Shown one piece after another: positions 58,099 through 64,000 of a DNA stretch of 64,000 nucleotides (positions are counted from its first letter, which is position 1; each line of letters begins with the position of its first letter). The translations under genes were made by a program, and so were the position numbers. The notes under the pieces were generated by a model. It did no database searches. It worked only from the letters and a program-made list of their open reading frames with translations, and was not told the DNA's origin. Source of the stretch: Spirochaetota bacterium (lineage in GTDB: Bacteria > Spirochaetota > UBA12135 > COTS27 > CBDBHE01); the NCBI GenBank assembly GCA_965205605.1, contig CBDBHE010000007.1:96001-160000 (forward strand), written 5' to 3'.

Positions 58099-59508
58099 CT
58101 AAAAAAGCATCAATTTTATGACAAAAAGATAAATTGAAATTCCTAAAAGGTCATTTGAAATCATAATAAAAGGACCCATTGCAACTGTAGGATCAATTTT
58201 CATCTTATTTAAAAGAAAAGGAATGCTCACTCCAAAAATAGATGAAGACAAAAAAACTAAAAATAAAGCAATACTAATACTAAAAGAAATTTGCCACAGA
58301 CTTTTTTCTAAATTTAAAGGGAACGTAGAAAAAACTAAAATAAGAAAAAAGAATAAAAGTAAACTCAAAAAAAACCCATTTAAACAAGCGACTCTAATTT
58401 CTTTATAAAAGATAGTCCAAAAATTAAGATATTTGAGATGATCTAAAGTCAGTCGTTTAACAATAATTGAAGATGCCTGTAGACTAATATTGCCTCCCAT
58501 AGAAGTCAGCAGTGGTATGAAAAAAAAAACCACGATTACATCTGAAACTATTTTTTCAAAAACACTAATCAACCCCGCTGCTAAAGCTCCTCCAAAAAGT
58601 CCAATGATTAACCAAGACACTCGTTCCGCAGAAGCTTTTAAAATAGTTTCTTCTTTCCCATCTTCTTTAATCCCCGCAATCACATTCATATCTTTAGAAG
58701 CTTCTTTTTCAAAAACATCCACCACATCATCGACTGTAATTCTTCCAAGCAATCTATTCTGCTCATCGACTACCGCAATAGAAGAAATGTTATAATCCTT
58801 AACTCGATTAGCCACTTCTTCTTGAGGTAAGGACGTCTCAACTCTTTCAGCTTCTTCAATCAGTACTTGTAGTTTAGTTGCCTTTGAAGCAATAATTAAT
58901 TTATTAAGAGGAACCTTCCCTTCTAATTGTTTTTTTTTATTAACAATAAAAACATTATAAACATCTAAAATCTTCTTTTTTCCCATTTCTTTAAGTTTTA
59001 CTAAAGCCTTACCTACATTTTCATGACCTTTTAAAGAAACATAATTCATTGTCATTAAACTACCAGCTGTATTTTTTTCATAAGATAAAATCTGAAAAAA
59101 TTTTCTTTTTTCAGATTTTGGAAAAGTTTTAACAAAATCGATTTGTTTACCTATTTCTAAAAAACGCACCATTCTGACTAAATCATTTGTTTCCATAGAT
59201 TCAATAATTTTTTTAAATCTTGAAAAAGACAAACCTCTAATAAGTTTTTGTTTAGTAGTATCTTCTAATTCAAAAAGCACCTCTCCCATAAAATTCAAAG
59301 AAACTCTATTAAAAAACCATTTTTGCATCTCTTCTGGTAAATACATCAAACCATAAGCAATGTCAGAAGGATGTAGTAAATGGAAAAGACGAATCCCTTC
59401 TTCTTTTTCTCCTTCAAGATACATTTCAGTTGCAATAATAAACTTAGAAATATGTGATTGTTGAATTTCTTTTAATTTTTCTAAGCTTTCTTTAAAATTT
59501 TTCTTCAT
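58099..59508 (-). CDS. mgtE: Magnesium transporter MgtE
   Basis: LHPSDIA, TAGSLMT, CBS pair, GRITVDD, GGN and DPTVAMGP...ND. Confidence 0.95.
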   Translation of the reverse strand: MKKNFKESLEKLKEIQQSHISKFIIATEMYLEGEKEEGIRLFHLLHPSDIAYGLMYLPEEMQKWFFNRVSLNFMGEVLFELEDTTKQKLIRGLSFSRFKKIIESMETNDLVRMVRFLEIGKQIDFVKTFPKSEKRKFFQILSYEKNTAGSLMTMNYVSLKGHENVGKALVKLKEMGKKKILDVYNVFIVNKKKQLEGKVPLNKLIIASKATKLQVLIEEAERVETSLPQEEVANRVKDYNISSIAVVDEQNRLLGRITVDDVVDVFEKEASKDMNVIAGIKEDGKEETILKASAERVSWLIIGLFGGALAAGLISVFEKIVSDVIVVFFFIPLLTSMGGNISLQASSIIVKRLTLDHLKYLNFWTIFYKEIRVACLNGFFLSLLLFFFLILVFSTFPLNLEKSLWQISFSISIALFLVFLSSSIFGVSIPFLLNKMKIDPTVAMGPFIMISNDLLGISIYLFVIKLMLF

Positions 59509-60425
59509 TTTTTTTTTGAGTCATATTCCTTCTTATGATAAAAAAAGAAAAAAAAGAAAAACAACACCCCTCCTAAAAGAGAAGCTTTAATTTTAAAATA
59601 ATAATCATGTTTGTGAATCATATGAGCAAAGATTTCTCCTTGTCGGTATATTCCTCTAATCGAAACCCAGTCGCCTTCTTTCAAATTTTGATTCTGATCA
59701 CTTGTTAATAAAAAGATTCGACTCCCTTCTTTGATGTAAAACTGTTGTTGTTGCTTAACAATTTTACTAACCGACAAAGAAATTTCTTTGCCTTCAAATG
59801 CTTGGGGATTTTTAATAAAAGAAGTACTAAAAATATTTTTCTCTAAACCTTTCTTAACAAACAAGAAAGGAAAAAAAATAAAAAAAAGCAAAACCGTTAA
59901 AAACAAACCTAATTTTTTAAAAGAAAAATTTCCTAAAGCAACGGTTTTAAATTTTCTTCTTTCTTTAAAAAACATTAATATAAGCATCAAAAGTGTTATA
60001 AAAAAAATAAATTTAATCCAAGGGTTATCATACCAAAAAAGTTGAAAACTAAAATGGCTTAACTTAAAAGGGAAAAAAATAGGACTCCCTCCTCCCACAT
60101 TTTTTTGAAAAAGATCTAAAAAAATATGTAATAAAGAAGAAAGATAAATCAAGCAAAATACTTGATAAGGCTTTTTTGTTAAAAGTGCAATGATAATCGA
60201 TGCAAATAAAACCATAAAAGGGGTATGATAAAAATTAAGGTAAAGATGAAAAAATTGATGGTTCAATTTAAAAGGAAGCAAATCAAACAAAACATACGCC
60301 ACTCTTGAAATGATGTCTGGTAAAAGAGACCCCAGTAAAATCCAGCGAACATCTTTTACTTTAAAAAATTTTGAACCCACATACGCAGATCCCAAATGCA
60401 AACCCCAATCAGGCATTGTTTTCAA
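59505..60425 (-). CDS. Membrane-bound metal-dependent hydrolase (YdjM-like)
   Basis: N-terminal His, GSLLPD, HT, LHIFLD and FFPF motifs with TM helices. Confidence 0.7.
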   Translation of the reverse strand: MKTMPDWGLHLGSAYVGSKFFKVKDVRWILLGSLLPDIISRVAYVLFDLLPFKLNHQFFHLYLNFYHTPFMVLFASIIIALLTKKPYQVFCLIYLSSLLHIFLDLFQKNVGGGSPIFFPFKLSHFSFQLFWYDNPWIKFIFFITLLMLILMFFKERRKFKTVALGNFSFKKLGLFLTVLLFFIFFPFLFVKKGLEKNIFSTSFIKNPQAFEGKEISLSVSKIVKQQQQFYIKEGSRIFLLTSDQNQNLKEGDWVSIRGIYRQGEIFAHMIHKHDYYFKIKASLLGGVLFFFFFFFYHKKEYDSKKK

Positions 60426-60512
60426 TCACTTTTTTTTTACATTGGACATAAAGAATACCTAATTTTAAAATAAAACAAACTTTATAGGAAATTACTAACC
60501 ATAAAACTACCC

Positions 60513-61562
60513 ATGAATCTATCAAAAATTACTTCAAGACAAATTCTTAAAAAAGAATGTCAAAAATGGCGACAAGAAAAAAAAATAATTGGGTTTACTT
60601 CCGGCAGCTTTGATCTTCTCCATCAAGGTCACACAACCTATTTACAAAAAGCAAAAAAGCATTGTGATATTCTTATCGTCGGTCTTAATTCAGATACTTC
60701 CATTCAAAATTATAAAGAAACCAAAAGACCTATTATTACAGAAAATCAAAGAATCATCGTTTTATCTGCCCTTTCTAGTGTCGACAAAGTATTCTTATTT
60801 CATGAAACCAATAACAAAGACAATCTTCTCTCTTTAAAACCAAACTTGTATATTAAAGCAGGTGATTATTCTTTAAACTCAATGACTTCTGCTAAATATC
60901 TAAAAGATTGGGGAGGAAAAGCCATTACGGTGCCTTTTGAAAAAGGGATTTCAACAACAAATATCATTGAAACCATTTTAAAAAAATATGCCAAAGAATT
61001 CCCTATTTGTGAAAATCTTAAAGACAAAAAAGTGAAGCCTGCTATTTTTTTAGATAGGGATGGCGTCATCAATAAAGAAATCGAATACCTGCATCTAAAA
61101 GAAGAATTTCAACTTTTACCCGGTGTTACTGAAGGGCTTTTTTCATTAATGAAAATGGGGTTTAAATTAATCATTATTACCAATCAAGCCGGCATAGGGA
61201 TGGGATATTTTACCAAAGAAGATTTTTATAAAGTCAATAAAGAAATGCTAAAGCAACTATCAAAAAAAGAAATCTTAATTGACCGTATTTATTATTGTCC
61301 GCATTCAAAAGCAGAAGGATGTGATTGCCGAAAACCTAAAATTGGACTCATTAAAAGAGCTGAGAAAGAAGCTTTAATCAATCTTGAAAAAAGTTTTTTT
61401 ATTGGAGATCAGCAAACAGACCTTTTAGCTGGAAAAAAAGCAAGCCTAAAAACAATTTTAATTGAAGGAAACCCATCTTCAAAAAATTTAAAAACAAAAC
61501 CAAATTATACAGCAAAAAATCTTATTCAAGCTGCCAATTGGATTCAAAAAGAACCATTTTAA
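60513..61562 (+). CDS. Fusion of heptose-1-phosphate adenylyltransferase (RfaE2/HldC-like) and heptose-1,7-bisphosphate phosphatase (GmhB-like)
   Basis: N-part: GSFDLLHQGH, GLNSD, KAGDY, STT; C-part: FLDRDGVIN, TNQAG, CPH...CDCRKP, IGD. Confidence 0.88.
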   Translation: MNLSKITSRQILKKECQKWRQEKKIIGFTSGSFDLLHQGHTTYLQKAKKHCDILIVGLNSDTSIQNYKETKRPIITENQRIIVLSALSSVDKVFLFHETNNKDNLLSLKPNLYIKAGDYSLNSMTSAKYLKDWGGKAITVPFEKGISTTNIIETILKKYAKEFPICENLKDKKVKPAIFLDRDGVINKEIEYLHLKEEFQLLPGVTEGLFSLMKMGFKLIIITNQAGIGMGYFTKEDFYKVNKEMLKQLSKKEILIDRIYYCPHSKAEGCDCRKPKIGLIKRAEKEALINLEKSFFIGDQQTDLLAGKKASLKTILIEGNPSSKNLKTKPNYTAKNLIQAANWIQKEPF

Positions 61563-62354
61563 TTGATGACAAATAAAAAAAAAAAATTTAAAGCTAAATT
61601 TACATTAACAGAAAAATTAACCAAAGGAGGTAGAAAAAAAGATTCTAATTATTATAAAAATTTAATTGCTAAAAAAAAAATTGCTTATATTACTCATCTG
61701 GCGACTAATCTCGACCAACTCATCATCACCAATTCTCTAACTCTTCCTAAGTTTACTCCTGGTTTAATTGATCGCTTTCTTATTTTTTCTCAAATGGAAA
61801 AAATTAAACCCATCATTATGATGACAAAAATTGATTTAGTAAGTCAAGAAGAAGCTTTAAATAAAAAAAAAATCTATGAAACCATTGGCTATCAAGTCTT
61901 TCTTATTTCTAATAAAACTTTAGAAGGACTAGAGCTAATAAAAGAAATATTAAAAGATAAACGCTCTGCAATTGTAGGCCATAGTGGTGTTGGCAAAACG
62001 TCTATGTTAAACCATGTAGATTCTGCTTTTTGTGAAAAGATCCAAGAAATTTCAGACTACACTAAAAAAGGACGACACACCACTTCTACCATTCGACTTT
62101 ACGAGCTTTCTTTTGGTGGCATTATTTACGATATGCCAGGTCTTAAAGAAATGGACTTTACGACCCTTTCCAAAAGAGAACTTTCAAATTATTATAAAGA
62201 GTTTAAGCGATACGATTTAAATTGTCATTTTTCAAATTGTCTTCATCTTCATGAAAAAAGATGTGGTGTTAAAGAAGCCGTTTTAAAAAAAGAGATTCAC
62301 CCTATTCGTTATAAAAATTACTTAACCATACTAAAAAGTTTAAACGAAAAATAA
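61563..62354 (+). CDS. rsgA: Ribosome small subunit-dependent GTPase A
   Basis: TKID, GHSGVGKTS, GRHTT, DMPG and CHFSNCLH...C. Confidence 0.92.
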   Translation: MMTNKKKKFKAKFTLTEKLTKGGRKKDSNYYKNLIAKKKIAYITHLATNLDQLIITNSLTLPKFTPGLIDRFLIFSQMEKIKPIIMMTKIDLVSQEEALNKKKIYETIGYQVFLISNKTLEGLELIKEILKDKRSAIVGHSGVGKTSMLNHVDSAFCEKIQEISDYTKKGRHTTSTIRLYELSFGGIIYDMPGLKEMDFTTLSKRELSNYYKEFKRYDLNCHFSNCLHLHEKRCGVKEAVLKKEIHPIRYKNYLTILKSLNEK

Positions 62355-62372
62355 AAGGAGCCATTTGAACCT

Positions 62373-63644
62373 ATGAACGTATTAATTATTGGGAGAGGAG
62401 GAAGAGAACACGCCATTAGTTTTTTTATTGCAAAAAGTCCTCTTTTAAAAAAACTCTATATCACTCCAGGAAATGCAGGCACCCTTTCTTTAGGAGACAA
62501 TATTTCCCTTCCTTTACATCCTCCTTGGAAAGAACTAATAGATTTTATCAAAAAAAATAAGATTAATTTTGTTGTTATTGGTCCAGAAAATTATTTATTG
62601 GAAGGACTAGCTGATTTTTTAAAAGAACAAAACATTCATGTTTTTGGGGTTTGTAAAAAAGCAACTCTTTTAGAAGGGTCAAAAAGCTATGCAAAAAAAC
62701 TCATGCAAGCTTATGACATTCCAACAGCTGATTACCAAGTCTTTGAAGAAATAAAATCTGCCAGGCAATATCTCGATGCTCAGCAAGCTCCTTTTGTCCT
62801 TAAAGCAGATGGGCTTTGTGCCGGAAAAGGAGTGATGATTTTAGAAACAAGAAAAGAAGCCAAAGAAGCTTTGAAACTTTATTTTGAAGAAAATAAATTT
62901 GGAGAAGCTGGAAAAAAAATTGTCATCGAATCTTTCTTATCAGGAAAAGAAGCTTCTATTTTAGCTTTTTGTGATGGTGAAAAATTCCGTTTCTTGCCCC
63001 CTTCTCAAGACCATAAACGAATCTTTGACCAAGACAAAGGGCCTAACACAGGTGGCATGGGGGTGTATTCGCCGCTTCCTTTTTTAAATCAAAATCATAT
63101 GTCTTTTATTAAAGAAAAAATCTTTAACCCTATTTTAAAAGCATTTAAAGAAAATCACATCGATTATAAAGGAATCCTTTATGCAGGTTTAATGATAAAA
63201 GAAAAAACGGTGAACGTTGTTGAGTTTAACGTTCGTTTTGGAGACCCAGAATGCCAATGCGTCTTGCCTCTTTTAGAAACCGATTTATTAGAATTAATGA
63301 CTCAATGTTGCTTAAATGAAATAGAAAAAAGCTCTTTTATATTAAAAGAGCAAGCCGCTTTAAATGTCGTTATGGCTTCAGGTGGCTATCCGGAAAAGTA
63401 TCAAACAGGACACTTGATTACAGGCCTAGAAAACATTAATCAAAAAGAAACTTTTGTGTTTCATGCCGGCACAAAACAAACCTCTGAAGGCACCTTCACA
63501 GCAGGAGGCAGAGTGCTTTCCATCACTGCATTAGGACACGATATAAAACAAGCTTCTAAAAAAGCTTATGAAACTATCAAAATGCTTTCTTTTAAAAATG
63601 CTCATTATCGTAACGATATCGGTTTTAAACAACCTTTAAAATGA
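62373..63644 (+). CDS. purD: Phosphoribosylamine--glycine ligase
   Basis: GGREHA, KADGLCAGKGV, QDHKR, GPNTGGMG and EFNVRFGDPE motifs. Confidence 0.98.
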   Translation: MNVLIIGRGGREHAISFFIAKSPLLKKLYITPGNAGTLSLGDNISLPLHPPWKELIDFIKKNKINFVVIGPENYLLEGLADFLKEQNIHVFGVCKKATLLEGSKSYAKKLMQAYDIPTADYQVFEEIKSARQYLDAQQAPFVLKADGLCAGKGVMILETRKEAKEALKLYFEENKFGEAGKKIVIESFLSGKEASILAFCDGEKFRFLPPSQDHKRIFDQDKGPNTGGMGVYSPLPFLNQNHMSFIKEKIFNPILKAFKENHIDYKGILYAGLMIKEKTVNVVEFNVRFGDPECQCVLPLLETDLLELMTQCCLNEIEKSSFILKEQAALNVVMASGGYPEKYQTGHLITGLENINQKETFVFHAGTKQTSEGTFTAGGRVLSITALGHDIKQASKKAYETIKMLSFKNAHYRNDIGFKQPLK

Positions 63645-64000
63645 AACAACCTATTGTTGGTATTTTAGGTGGGGGACAACTTGGAAAAATGTTGGCAATG
63701 AATCTTCACCGTTTAAACATTAAAACATTTATTTTAGACCCTACTGAAAACCCACCTTGTGCTTCGATGGGGGTTTACTTGATTAAAGGTGATTTTCTTG
63801 ATTATGAAGCAGTGCTTTCTTTCGGGAGAACCGTCGACATCCTAACCATCGAAATCGAACACGTCAATACTCAAGCTCTCAAACAACTTGAAAAAGAAGG
63901 AAAGAAAATTTATCCTGCTTCAAACATCATTGCCCTTATTCAAGATAAAGGAAAACAAAAAATATTTTATCAAAAAAATAAAATCCCTTCAGCAGATTTT
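63641..64000 (+). CDS. purK: N5-carboxyaminoimidazole ribonucleotide synthase (partial)
   Basis: Hand-translated MKQPIVGILGGGQLGKM...TIEIEHVN...QDK; runs off the window end. Confidence 0.93.
   Translation, partial: MKQPIVGILGGGQLGKMLAMNLHRLNIKTFILDPTENPPCASMGVYLIKGDFLDYEAVLSFGRTVDILTIEIEHVNTQALKQLEKEGKKIYPASNIIALIQDKGKQKIFYQKNKIPSADF

Noticed and set aside
2989-62220. Short ORFs antisense to or nested in long genes (e.g. 7958-8320, 13464-13739, 51070-51387, 58490-58795)
   Set aside because: Shadow ORFs of well-supported genes, with no motifs
1-64000. CRISPR array, rRNA, integrase or prophage genes
   Set aside because: No regularly spaced repeats, rRNA-like sequence or recombinase/phage motifs seen

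Overview
Very AT-rich, homopolymer-rich bacterial chromosome segment, mostly housekeeping genes: LPS/surface-glycan genes, rmuC, hsp20, folE-queD, rpmF-plsX-proA, rplU-prp-rpmA-glmS, purB, tsaE, hprK-ptsH, dxs, adk, dnaE, cobB, a MacAB-TolC-type exporter, mgtE, rsgA, purD-purK and three tRNAs (Thr-TGT, Val-TAC, Pro-TGG). Gene content (prp beside a short L27, FapA, HprK/HPr, GerMN and CBM48 proteins, LPS heptose genes) suggests a flagellated diderm, possibly Spirochaetota (inference). The most notable accessory feature is an islet next to tRNA-Val with three secreted putative polysaccharide-degrading proteins; two unrelated ones share a duplicated upstream plus signal-peptide cassette. A second, Tat-exported PL8 lyase lies elsewhere. 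Also seen: a 223-bp MITE-like element with terminal inverted repeats and a target-site duplication after glmS, an mrr pseudogene, an HExxH protein gene with an amber stop inside the motif, a polyA frameshift in the efflux adaptor, a sigma54 promoter for hsp20 and three sigma28-like promoters. All calls were made by eye; no searches were run.
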